Source of the DNA: Camelus ferus
Lineage: Eukaryota
Direction of reading: 5' to 3'
Assembly (NCBI RefSeq): GCF_009834535.1
Contig: NC_045697.1
Location: 78,432,001 to 78,496,000 of the forward strand
Length of the DNA stretch: 64,000 bases
The notes under the pieces were generated by a model. That model was not told the origin of the DNA. It ran no database searches and worked only from the letters and a program-made list of their open reading frames with translations. Position 1 is the first letter of the stretch, and each line of letters opens with the position of its first letter. The translations under genes were made by a program, and so were the position numbers. Shown here piece by piece: positions 12,791 through 24,368 of this stretch.

Positions 12791-15700
12791 ATATGTTTTG
12801 TTGATTTGAACTTTCTACTTCTAAACTAGATGCACAAATTGATGCTATTAACAGAAAAATTCCCACAGGAGAGGTGATGATGTGTTTTAACAAAAGAGTA
12901 ACCTGTTTTTTAATTGATGCCTTGTCATCCAACTGAATGACCTTTGGCTTTACACTTAACAGTAAATGCTAATGTTTATTGAGAACATAATTTGTACCAA
13001 GTACCTAATAAATGTCTCATGGATATATTGTCCCAGTTAATTTATACAACAATGATGTGTCGTAAGTACTATTGTATGTAGATTACATATGCGAAAACTG
13101 AAGCTCAGAGAGGTTAAGTAATTTGCTCAAAGCTACATAGTATGATTCTAGTCCAGAGAGTCTAACTCTGGGGACTTGCTCGAAACTCCTAAATTTTACT
13201 TCCCCTGCAAGCTTAATGAAGGGGCTTATCTTCTCGACTGTAAAATGTAGAGCCAATTACACATTTTAATATTCTGTGATCTTTAATCCAATGTTTGCTA
13301 AAAATCAGTTTTATGTAATTACTAAAATAAGTTTTTCCAGTGCCTACTACATGCCAAACTTAGTGGTAACTTCTTTTTCTTTTTCCTTGATATCAATTTC
13401 ATGAACCATTTAAAGTGAGTGACATGTGTGCCTTGGATATGGGATTCAGGGCATATCAACTTGTGTACATGCTGGGATTGAAACCAAACAAAGCATTTTG
13501 ATTTTTTAATAAATTTTAACTTGAAAAGAGGGGCTGACTGCTATTTTGAACCTTTGCTAACACATATTCTAATTTTTAAGTCAGTGGTTTAATATAATTT
13601 TCTTTAGTTGCTAGCTTGATTCAGATAGGAGTCAAGCATAAAATCACACAAAGCTTTTGTTTTGCAAAGCTCTTTCACAAATCACCCTGGTTTCATGCCC
13701 TAATTAATCAGTGTTCATGGGGGAATGAGAGGTTATTTGCTTTTCAGCTTCAGCAGAGTTACTAATAGCATAGCAGGAGAATTCTGAAATAACGTGCATT
13801 ATTTTTCATATTTGAAGCACTTTCCCATGGATTCTTATATAATTATCTAGAAAATGCTAACTATTGTTTCTATTGGAATTTTATCTCATGCGGATAGGAA
13901 CTCCCAAGATTAGAAAAGTCTACCCATTGCTAGGTCTTTTGAGCATACTATTATTCCAATATGTTAAATTGAAATTATCATTATATTTAGAAAACCCCTA
14001 CCATAGTCCCTGACCCTTATAATCCACAGAAAAATGTAAGCATTTCTCCTTCTCAATTAAATCATTTTTAAAAAACATGTAATGAAGCATTTCTCATTGA
14101 CTGAAAGAAAAACAGTGGATGATTTTCCAATTTAGCAGAATAGTTTAACGGGATATTGGGATCCAGTAAGTTAGCTAACAATCAAATCTAAAGAGAAAGC
14201 ATTACTTGATTTCTTTATATGTTATCATTAGCCCCATAAAATTGGCTTATCGATCAGAGTCTCAAATCAAAATTTTACGAGATCATTGCAGACACATTAC
14301 ACACTAGGGTCTTATGCTTAAAGGATACCTTCATTCATAACCCGCAACTTTGGAAAGAAAAAAAGAAAGAGACAGGCATTGTAACCTGTAGGGATTGCAG
14401 CTGTGGTAGGATTGAAACTATTGCTTTTGCCACTGATAGACAATTTTGGTTGCAACAAGTTCCCTGGGTCAAAACAACTGCTAGGGCTATGAAACTGCTT
14501 GAGCACAGAAAAGCTAAGACGGATATGATGAAGTAAATATGATCCACAGATTTTCAATTTTTGACATTCTGGTTTTTGCTTCTAGTTTTTGAGAACAATG
14601 CTGTTTCTCCATGTAAAATTATTTACATAATTACAGATCAAACCAATCAGTTACTACCTTGTCAGGCTAAAGGTCATGACTGGCATAAGCAAGTAGTTCA
14701 GACGCAGCTCTGCTGTTAATACCTGTTCACTCCAGGGCTGCCGCCCTATTCCCAGGGCTGATTGCCCTCTGTCCTGTGGCTTCAAGTAATGTAAATTGTA
14801 TCTTGTCCCTGGGTAATCGAGATCAGTGTTGTCTTGTCTGTCCACACCCCGCCGATGCCCTCTCTGTGCCGCGGTAATGGTTTTGGTGGGCAATCAAGGA
14901 AGATGCCTTCTTGACTCATCTCTCATAATAGATTGTCCTCCTCAGGCAAAATTGAATAACCCCCGACATGGCCTGGAGGCAGGCAATGAGAATTCAATAA
15001 GTCTGCAGGGTCAGTGTCCTGTCATTTTTGGCAAGCAAGTAATTATTCTGCACTAACATTCAGTAATAGGAGGAAGAAACGGCCGTGGACACCTTCATCC
15101 CGATGCCTAGAAGAATCACCTTAGCAGGATTTTTCCTCTAATCAGCAGTAATTCCTTCTCCTCTTCTGATGTGATTCCGTCCACTTTTTCATGTGAGTTG
15201 CATGGGTGGATTTCCTAGATGCTTTTTTTTTCCCAGACCTGCAGAGTCTGTGGGAAAGTTTAACAACTTCACTGCCTGTTGTTTAATATTTTCCATTTTT
15301 ATGGGTTGCAGTTGTGCTGTCTATTTGCTTTCACTGATTTGTGAAAGATTTATTATAAACCAAATACAGCTGTTCTCCCCTTTCATAAAGTCAAACTATT
15401 TTGGCAAACCCGTTTTCCACTATGAAAACACGTTCAAAATCATCTCCCCGACCAGCTTTCCTACCCTAAGCGTTTAGCTATGCCGAGGAGCTCAGGGTAG
15501 GTGCCAAAGTGGTTATGGACTCGCTTAAGGAAAAGAGAATGCATCTGCTTCACAAATAAACAGGCAGAAGAGAAGAAATAACTTTTCTTTGGCCTTCTGG
15601 TGGGACTCACTGTTATTATGTGCAGATCCTAAGAGAACAGAATTTTAATATCCCCCCCCAAAAGCATCTGTAAATTCAAGCCACTTGAGTGTTCTCCCCT

Positions 15701-17789
15701 TGTGGTTACACTTATGCATCATACTCATTTAATTGAACTATGTAATCTTTACCTGCAACTAATATTTTGATTAACCTTTTAATATTCTTCAGATATTGCT
15801 GCCATGTACCATCACTCCACTCACCATGTATACACACAGAGAAATATTCATATATGTATATTTAAAGAGAACATATTCACTTCAATTAATCAGTTCTTAC
15901 TGTTCAGATTTAGATCCCTGACTTCTGACATTTATTTAGGGAAATGCTGAATTACCCGTTTTGAGGAAAGCAAATTTTAGCTCTTTCTATTTTAGTTATT
16001 TCTATTGCCACTTTTTTTAAGTTATCTTTTTAAATGGAACCAAAAAAAAAAAAAAACCCAAAACAATTAGAAAACGAACATAATTTCTAAACCCAATCCG
16101 GGTTGCTTTTCTCTCCATTTTTCTGTGTAGAAACTATTGATTTATTCATTGAAAGGAACCTTTATCTTCTCTCTCCTGAGATCTTTGCACAGCGAGTAAT
16201 GAAGAGGCTCGTATAAGAGCAGAATAAGCACTTTCCATGACTGATTGGCAATTGATTATTGCTGGGATGTCTCCCCACGGTCACTCGTCACTATGCTTTT
16301 TTGACAACCGAGCTCTATTCCTGACATGAAAAAGGTGTTTTGATCTGCATCCATTTGGCTTGTTAACTGTGACAAAACTCAGACTGATACTGATCATGTT
16401 CAGTTGTCGGTGTTGATTTGGATCCAAGAAACAGAAAAGATTCATGATAACATATACCCTATTCTTCATTTAGGCTACTATAATACTAGGATATCTAATG
16501 ATTATTCTTCTTGAAATCGTTTCCATTACCCTCATGCTTTTAGGATTTTGTTCACTATAATAAGCTTTTGACACCATTTTATCTTATCTTTGCCCTTTTC
16601 AATGTATTTTTAATGGTCTGCTTTAGAATTTCTGACCATCTTTTATACGACGATAACCAAGCTTTTTACCATGTAACATTGGAGAGGAAACTATAGCTGC
16701 TTTTCATGCAAACTACTGAAAAATAAGATTTATTTAGAAGAATTTTAGCATTGAGTAGAGTGTGTACATCCAAGAAATAAGGCATGGTAAGAGGATATAT
16801 TTTAAAGATTATTTCAAGGAAGGGAGAACACTGAGGCAATTCCTGTTTGTTTCTTTTCCCCCAAGTGATTTGAGTTAAAAGCATGAAATACATATTTGGC
16901 AATTACTTTTCCCCAAAGTTTACCAAAATTTATTTAAAATGAACATGTCATAAACATTTATCAAAATACTTATTATAAGATAATTCTACTATAAAGCAGC
17001 TCTAAATGACTTGCATTTTACTATATTTATCTTTTTTGTTTTGTTTTGTACTGAAAAGTTGCAGCTAAGACTTAATGGAAATTTTACTTTTCAAATTGAA
17101 TTCTGTTTCAAACTTTAAATTGAAGTGATAATCCTTCTTTTTGCATTCCCTTCTCCCCTTCCCTCTTAGAGTTTTTAAAACCTATATTTACCCCCACATT
17201 ATGGAGCAAGTACAAAAATTCCAGTGAGCAGTTTTAATTGTTTCTGGATGCAATCCTTGAAAATGACTATGAGATCTTAGCTCCTCTTTTTTTAAAGTCA
17301 GAATAAAGTTGTCTAGTAAAGCTACAGCATATTATTTTGGGACATGCATCATTAATTCTCTTCTGTCCCTCCCCAGAAATGTGACTTTTAACTTCTTGAA
17401 TCAAATGATCAATCATTATGTTGCATTTGCTAAACTCTGTTGAATTAATTTTTATTTAGTTTGTCATATTTCAGTCACTGCAAAAATTACCGTTTTAATC
17501 CAAACAGTTATACAAAACTCCTTTCCAATGGTTTGGCTGCTTTACCCTTGAGTTTATGAGGTGCTAAAATTTACAAATTAGCACTAGTATCTAAATATCT
17601 CTCTACCAGGGAAGTGTGAAAAGAAGAACTGAGACTTTTAGTGTCCTCAGTCCCCCTCATCCTTCCTCAAAATATTTTTCAATGATAGTATGCCTACTAG
17701 ACAGCAAGGTATGGTCATGCCATGATGCTTCTGGGTCTTTATTTCTCTTGAAATTTTGTTTGTTTGAGGGTTTTTGTTTGTTTCTTTAT

Positions 17790-18220
17790 TAGAGGTTGAG
17801 AACTAGAATCTAGTCACTTCTCCTGGGATCAAACATTGACTCTGTCATTTATTTGCTGTGTTTTCACAAGTGCCTCATATAACATCTCTGTGCCTTAGTG
17901 TACTCATCTGTAAAATGGGTCTGCGTTAGAGGGGGACACGCCACCTTTTAAAAGCCATTGTGAATATTAAATAAGTTAAAATAGCTGATGCTGTTAGAAT
18001 GATATCTGCTGCCTAAACTGTAAATTCTTATGTGCATTATTATTCATGTAGAAGTTGGCATATTACACAGTATTTTCTCAAATATTATCCTTTGATTCTT
18101 ATAACAACTGCATAAATTCATTTTAAGATGAAAAAACTAAGAAAGTAAGTGACTTGACCAAAGGCACATTATGAGCAAATCCCAAAAGACTCGATCTAGA
18201 TTTTTTGCTTCTAAGACTGA
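17790..18220. mobile_element. Two MIRs (+ then -)
   Basis: CTCTGTGCCTTAGT..CATCTGTAAAATGGG and AAGTGACTTGACCAAAGGCAC. Other MIRs at ~4720-4900, 12090-12310, 12960-13190, 49380-49620, 57010-57120, 58130-58270 and 63050-63310. Confidence 0.8.
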
Positions 18221-18732
18221 GTTTGTTTTTTTTTTTCTTCCCCCTTGGACAATCTTTGTCTTTCTTTGGTGACTGGTTGTCATTGGCTATGATGGCTTGA
18301 AATGTGAAAAAAATGAAAAGCTAAATTTAGGGTGGGGAAGGAGAAAAAGCATGTAATTGTAACACTCAGATTGTGTTGATAAAGAATAAATGTGAGCTCT
18401 ACAGTCAGAATATATTCAAGTATTCTTTCATCTATTGAGAAAATATTTATTAAGCACCTATTATCGTTAGACATTGTGGATAGACAAAGCAGATTCACAA
18501 AGAAGGCAGTGGTATCAGGCTGCATATATATACACACACACACACACATATACACACATATAAAATCATCTTTTCTCCATGTAGTAGACCCTGCTTGCTA
18601 GTGTAAGAGTACAGAGCCAGAAAGAGCCAAAGATTAAGCCAACTTTCTACCACATCACATCATTTCTGGCTCTCTGTGCACAATAATAGAGCTTCTTATA
18701 TATTGTAAAGGGATATGCATGTATAATTTCTT

Positions 18733-18851
18733 TTGGGGGGGGGCAGTAATTAGTTTTATTTATTTATTTAATGGAGGAACTGAGGATGAACCCAGGACCT
18801 TGTGCATGCTAAGCACACACTCTACCACTGAGCTATACCCTTCCATCCCCC
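18733..18851 (-). mobile_element. tRNA-derived SINE, camelid Vic-1 type
   Basis: Minus strand GGGTATAGCTCAGTGGTAGAG (A box)...GGGTTCATCC (B box)...(TAAA)n..CCCC tail. 10-bp TSD ATAATTTCTT at 18723-18732 and 18852-18861. Confidence 0.88.
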
Positions 18852-20176
18852 ATAATTTCTTGAAAACCAGAGACCAGCATAGGGTGGCCAGATCCTTTTC
18901 TTGCTCATTTGATATAAGCTTCAATAATAGATTCCCAAGTAGATAAGTAACAGAGAGGGCATTTTCCATTCCATGCTCAGGATGTACAAAAACTAACTGA
19001 GCAAATCTGTGGAGATAGAATGCAGCTTGCTATGGAAGCCCACAAATAAGATTGTTGAAAAAAATATACATTTATTTTTGCACCTGTGGCAAAGGTTGTG
19101 AGTTAAACATATGCATATATGGTTCATCAAGATTCTCCATTCCACGGTGGAGTAAATACCTCTGTGCATACTAGATTTAAAGCAATAGCGACAAAGATAT
19201 TTTAATGATGATACTATCTTTCTATATAAAGACAACATATTATTGTTATATTTCAAGCAAAGCACCAGATCAATAAGACTTTCCTTTAAGACTTCTTATT
19301 CGTAATTTCTACAAGGAGAGAGATAAGAAGCTACATGAAGAAGTCCATTCTTTAAATGGACTGAATAAAAAAGAAAGGAGAAAAGAATTGTAGAGGCAAC
19401 ATTACATTCCAGTGTCTAGGGCTGTATTCCCCTTTGTACATACATTGTAATTATATACTGACCTTTGAGATCAGTGGCTGGTTACTTATGGGATAATATG
19501 ATTAAAGTATATGTAACAAGTATGTTAAATTATTTTTAATGCAATTCTAGTGGAGAAGATCTGTGTAATTGCTAATTCCATTTCGTTCTAGAGGCATCTG
19601 AGATGACATCCCCTGGGTCCAAGCTTACAAACTAGATAGATGAAGGCTCTGTCCACACAGAGGCCCCTTTGATTTTGTTGGTTTTGCTTTCTCGATGACT
19701 GGTCTGCCTGGAGAAGGAAACTTGTGGCTAGTTAGAAAATGCACGGGAAACACATGCACCTTTTAAGGAAAAATTTGTAGCCTTTACCTAATTCTTAAAG
19801 GAAATGATATTTATCGTCATGTTTGGAGTAAACCTTGCTCTTCCCATTTCCTCCCTGAAACACACGTATTAGAATATTCGAATTATTTCTTGCTTAGTGT
19901 GACCTGCCTTGTCATTCTTACCCTGAAGGTTGTGCATTTTGATGGGGGCCTTAGGAGAGCTTCTAGTGAGCCAGAACTTTGTGGCTGATGATCCTTGGAA
20001 GGAGCAGAGAACTGTATCTGCTGGTGGAGTTGGGGAAACCTGGCTGGGAGGAGGCTGTTGATGGTCGTAGCTTGAGCTTCAGAAGCACATCTTAGGAGGG
20101 ACTGGAAGACTTATGAGGTCCAGAGATAAAATTTTGCGAGAGGGGTGGTGCTATAAATGCAAAAATAATAATAATA

Positions 20177-21124
20177 ATGCCTGGCAGGTTCCCGGATTTG
20201 GGCAGATGGAAGAACTCTCTCAGAGCTGTGGGCATCTCTGACGTGCCTTTATTGTGGAGGGATACACGGGCTTCAATGGCTGCAGCGGAAAGTGCTTATA
20301 TAGCAAGGCAGACAGAGCCGGCATCTGGCCAAATATGCTAGGCGCTAACCAGTGCGCCTGCGTGGTGCAAGTCGTGCTTGTACAGCACTACGTGGGTCCC
20401 GGGCATGCGGGATAGTACGGCTGAGCCCCTGGGCACCAGGTGTCTCGCAAGGGCGCCTGCGTGACGCCGTTTTCCCTATACGTGCTCGTCGAGTATCGGT
20501 TTCTTTTTTGGTTGTCTTCCTTTTTGGAATGTTTTTCTCTGTTTCACTTCTTTCTCTGTAATATATAGGCATTCCTGGCATCCTTGCTTCTACTGCTTTT
20601 CTCTTTTTAAACTTATCTTCCATGCAGCAAGAGCAGGAAAGGGGGGCATAGATTTGTACCAGAGGAAATACCTAACGCCCTTGCTTCGCTTCCCGGTATC
20701 TGCTGGATTGATGCAAGTAATTGACTTGCCCGCTGTCAGTGCAATAATAGACTTTGATATGTAGCACAGTTTCCATGTACTATAAAGTGTCTTCGTTCTG
20801 ACTAATTGTACTGAGTCTCCTTGTATAAACCAAGGAGATAACAACATGGTGGAAACTTCAAGTAATGTGAAATCTCTGACGTCAAGAAGCTTGTAGTCTG
20901 TGGCTACTAAGATCTGATGGGAAATTGAGTTGCTTTATCTGGAAACTCCCAAAGCTAAAGTAACCAACGACCTCAGATTTGTTCTTAACAAAGACTATCG
21001 TGCGTGATGGCCATACAGGTTGGTTGATGTGATATTTCATAAACTGAGAGGAAAATCCCAAAGTTTTCTTAACTGAAGACACATATTGGTCGTGTCTTCT
21101 CAAATAAACCACCACAAAAACTAT
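20177..21124 (+). pseudogene. EBLN-like bornavirus nucleoprotein remnant
   Basis: 20177 MPGRF..VPLLWRDTR ~ LPGKF..VALLDQSRR. One frame 20591-21124 reads YCFSLF ~ HCCSLL; KGGIDLYQRKY ~ KAGAEQIKKRF; AGLMQVID..IDFDM*HSFHVL ~ ATLLQMFN..INGQPWVGSFVL (TAG at W); VLTNCTESP ~ LLTTDFESP; LNKDYRA*WPY ~ LKEEHADLFPF; KL..SFLN ~ KL..SFPN. ESP-to-WPY spacing is 61 aa vs 60 aa. Confidence 0.85.
20340..20500. promoter_or_regulatory. Small CpG-rich promoter-like island inside the N remnant
   Basis: 17 CpG in ~160 bp against a CpG-depleted background. GCGCCTGCGTG (NRF1-like) occurs twice, at 20354-20364 and 20453-20463. CRE half-site GTGACG at 20461; full CRE TGACGTCA at 20877-20884. Confidence 0.65.
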
Positions 21125-21254
21125 GTTTTTTTTTTTTTTTTAATCATTTGTTGTACTCGGCTGAACATTTAAAACATTTTGGGGAAAAAATTATGTTGTT
21201 GGTACTGTTTCTACCCTCAGTAAAGTACTAAAAACATAGCATGCACTCAATAGT

Positions 21255-21470
21255 CATTCATTTATTCAAACAACACATAATTATTCAGTACTTAGCTATT
21301 GTTTTCTAGGCACTATATAGAAGCAGGGTGTATTGCTGAGGAAGACATCAGAGACCTTGCCCTCATGGAACTATAGGGGAGAAAAACAATATTAAATGAA
21401 AATTGCAGGATTAATACATTAAAATGTTGATAAGCACGTTAAAAGAAAGCCATAAAATTCTATGAGATTA
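21255..21470 (-). mobile_element. L2 3' fragment between the N and M remnants
   Basis: CATTCATTTATTCAAACAA...CTAGGCACT...CCTTGCCCTCATGGAACT L2 terminus. Confidence 0.8.
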
Positions 21471-21529
21471 ATTTGATTACATCTTGCTTTTGACTTTTTC
21501 TTTCAGTCCAATTTGTGGATTTGCACTTA

Positions 21530-21640
21530 AGTTATGATGAATATGAAACTAAAATAACCTCTACACTTGACCAATACAAGTATTAATTTTAATATTCTGC
21601 TAAATACAGTGACTTCCTTACTCTTATTAGGATATTACCA
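21530..21640 (+). pseudogene. Possible phosphoprotein (P) C-terminal remnant
   Basis: VMMNMKL ~ TMMETMKL, and tag-gat-att-a-cca (*DI-P) ~ terminal WDIIP, lying immediately before the M remnant as in bornaviruses. Matches are short. Confidence 0.35.
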
Positions 21641-21644
21641 ATGT

Positions 21645-21865
21645 GATTGGTGAATCTCAGTTGAGGGGATAGTGATTCCAAGATGTTAGAAATAGACCTT
21701 TAAAAAATATGATTTGGAAAAAGAGTCCGGTGGATTTGGCTATATAAACACATGTAAGGATTGATAGAACCACATCAAATAGACTTTGAGGCCAGCCAAG
21801 CCGCTGAAGACTTCTCCGAGTCAGTGGTGGGTCAGATGGAAGAATGTGCATTTTCATTACCCCTG
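21645..21865 (+). pseudogene. EBLM-like matrix protein remnant
   Basis: VNL/IVIP/MLEIDL (21683-21700) ~ VEL..VIVP..MLEIDF; YDLEKESGGFGYIN-HVRID (21708-21765) ~ FTIDVEPAGHSLVNIYFQID; LLRVS ~ FLRLN; CAFSL ~ AAFNV. Contains frameshifts. Confidence 0.8.
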
Positions 21866-24292
21866 TGCTCAGTCTGTTGCCACCTTTATATCTGCAGTAT
21901 CTGTCTCTGTCTCTCCCACAGACACACACAAACCCCCATTTTAAAAATGGTTACATTGTTAAACATTTTTTAAAAACCATGGTCCACCACTACATTTATC
22001 TTTTACGTTTTTGTATTGAATCCAGGTTTATTTTAACGGTAGAAAATCTAAGCAAATCACAAAAACAAGTAATTCTGATTTATTCTTCTGCCGCTGTACA
22101 AGTTAAATAAAGAGAGAGAAAAAGAATGGTTATTGACAGCTCTAAAAAACACACTTCTAATGGCTAACATAAAACACATGCTAACTTTCATCTGAACACT
22201 GGACTGTGGAAATACTGTTACTCTAAGGGAAAGGAGGGGCGAGGTTCTTCTCTTCATGCTCTTCAGTCCAGGAGTCGAAATTGTTCACAAATGCATGTCA
22301 CTGATTTAGGGCTTGGTCAGGCGCTGCAGGAACTGGAGAAAGGAACACGATTCCATCTGACAGTCTCACAACACATGAAAGATGTGATGGAGATAAGATA
22401 GATGGATAGCTAGATCGATAGAGAGATAGACAGACAGAGCAGAAAAGGTGAATCATTTTTTTCTCCCTCCTCCCTGTTAAGATGTAAGAATCATGCTTTT
22501 GTGTCCTGAGCTATGGCAGAGCTAGATGGCTAGAGGAGCGAGAAGTTACAAATTCATAATCAGTTCTGACTCTGTCACTCATTTAACCTTCCAAATAAAG
22601 AGGGTACATGTTAGCGTCCAGTTGGCATGAATTTAAACTCTGTAAAAGTTTCAGCTTTCTTATCTGTAAAATAGTGATCATACTGTTTTCTCCAATATTA
22701 ACTCTTCACTCAACAGATACTTACTGACTAGCTGCCCTACGCCAAGCAGGTTCTGGGAGATGGAAGAGCATGGTAAACAAGCCAGACTAACTTCTGACTT
22801 CATGAAGCTTACTTTCTACCTGTTATTACTGGAACAAAATAAATTTGTATGCAAAAGTCCTCCTGTATATAAGGTAAGCAATTTATAATTACTTTTCTTT
22901 CCTTGAAGTGAGTGTTTTATGGCAAGATAATAAATGTATGTACAACATATTCCTAGGAACTTTTATCAGTACAAAACCTATAAGGAATATTGTTAAGGAA
23001 GCTATAAAAATACCTTGATTCAAAGTTTGATTTCTATCAGATGGCCTTTGATCCTCTTTCTCTTACTTCCATAGAAACATTAGATCCGCTTGAATGAGCT
23101 TTATTGTTCATCTACCCACGCCTCTACCCCATTGTGTATATCTTACCATTTAAGTTCTTTGGGCTAAAGTTTCCAAAGTTGATCTGTACGTTCAGCATTC
23201 TCTCCCATTGCTCCAGAATGTGTCTTTGAGCCTAGCCTCAGTGTTCACACCCAGTTCAGCCCAAACTGTGCACATATCCACACTGTTTCTCCACTGGGAA
23301 TGTGTCTCTCATACCATATAACTTATTCCAGTGCTACTCGTGTGTCAAGACCCTGTGCAAGTCCCGCATCCTTCATGACTCTCCCCCAGACAGATCCAGA
23401 GCGGCTCGGATTACTTCTTATCCTCTCACTGCTTAGAGCTACAATGACCGTATTTCCTGAACTATACCCATGTTATGTATGATTCCGCTTGCTCTCTCAT
23501 TATAGACTGCGGGGAGTTGTTAATGTTACCAGAGTGCTTCTCCCGTCTATTCTGATTAGATTAGATAGATTATATAAGCTCCAGATAGTCACGCAGTACT
23601 GAATGAGTAAAAGATTTAATCAAGCAATCAGACTGCATTTGGACTATCTCTCATATGGATAATTCATATGTCATTAACTTGTTTTGGCAATTAAGTTGGT
23701 GGACAAATTATTGGTATGGGTGGGTAATTTCTGGCACTTCTCAAATCACAGCATGTGCCGAAGTATATGTTACTCAATCCAGGGATAATGATTGGGTCTT
23801 ATAGGGATGTACACTAGGAAAGAAGTCTTCTGGGTGTATCAAGGGAAATGTGGACCATGCACACTGCAAAAATTCCTGGAAGATCCTTGAAATGCATACC
23901 CTACTCCTTTTGGTGAGTAATGGAGAGATGAAAACTCGTGGTACACCAAAATAAGTAAAACTAGTAAATATCGTCCTCAGATGGGATCCTAGCAACCAGT
24001 CAGCCTTATTATGTTTTATTGAGAACCAAAACCACTTATTGTATCACTTTCTAAAAGAATAAATGGTTTTTAATAAGTAATAATTAAAAACAGAAGAAAT
24101 AAAATCTACTCAATCCATTTTGATGAATGATAATCATAAAAGAGGAATGGCAATTTCTCAGTGAAAACTGGAAAAATAAATTTCTTTTTTTTCCTTCCCG
24201 GCTTGTCTCTTTTCAGCTACGTCCTTATGTCTCTTCCAGATCCAGCACTAACCCGCATTCTGAACCAAATCAATGTAACTAGCAAAGTGTAA
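21844..24292 (+). pseudogene. EBLG-like glycoprotein remnant, interrupted by MIR/L2/simple repeats
   Basis: Hydrophobic start with LQYLS ~ LQGLS; DPLE* (23083) ~ DPFEC; FPKLICTF ~ FPPFMYCSF; PYNL ~ PYIL; CASPASFMTL ~ CNSSSKIVSF; VNVT ~ INVT; GWVISGTSQITACAEVYVT (23718-23774) ~ GYIVNGVGVVWQCHRVNVT; YTRKEVFWVYQGK ~ YNGRKYFLNDEGR; DPSNQ ~ DPINH; LLNPF**M ~ FLNPLGWL; LFSYVLMSLP ~ LISLCVSLP. Confidence 0.88.
22520..22890. mobile_element. MIR (+) with nested L2 fragment (-, ~22700-22820) inside the G remnant
   Basis: TCTGACTCTGTCACT..TTCTTATCTGTAAAATAG (MIR core); CACTCAACAGATACTTACTGA..TTCATGAAGCTTAC (L2 end). Confidence 0.7.
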
Positions 24293-24362
24293 AATGCTGG
24301 GCCATTATAGTGATGATCTTTGTTCTGCCATTGCTGACATCTAAATTTACTGATATTGATAT

Positions 24363-24368
24363 AATAAA
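24363..24368 (+). terminator. Poly(A) signal of a putative terminal exon (from acceptor at 24216 or 24239)
   Basis: AATAAA followed by a U/GU-rich tract. A long pyrimidine tract ending in TTTCAG lies at 24181-24216. Confidence 0.5.

Noticed and set aside
18760..18845. tRNA-Ala gene
   Set aside because: It has a SINE tail, a TSD and a damaged B box, so it is a SINE copy.
20942..20995. ETPKAKVTNDL resembling the L2 RT motif ETAL.KVTNDL
   Set aside because: An isolated match that sits in-frame within the longer collinear nucleoprotein alignment.
20846..24292. Small host protein-coding gene assembled from ATG 20846 and exons at 23805-23912 and 24217 onward
   Set aside because: It yields only short peptides with no recognisable homology, and the same DNA is better explained as decayed viral N and G.
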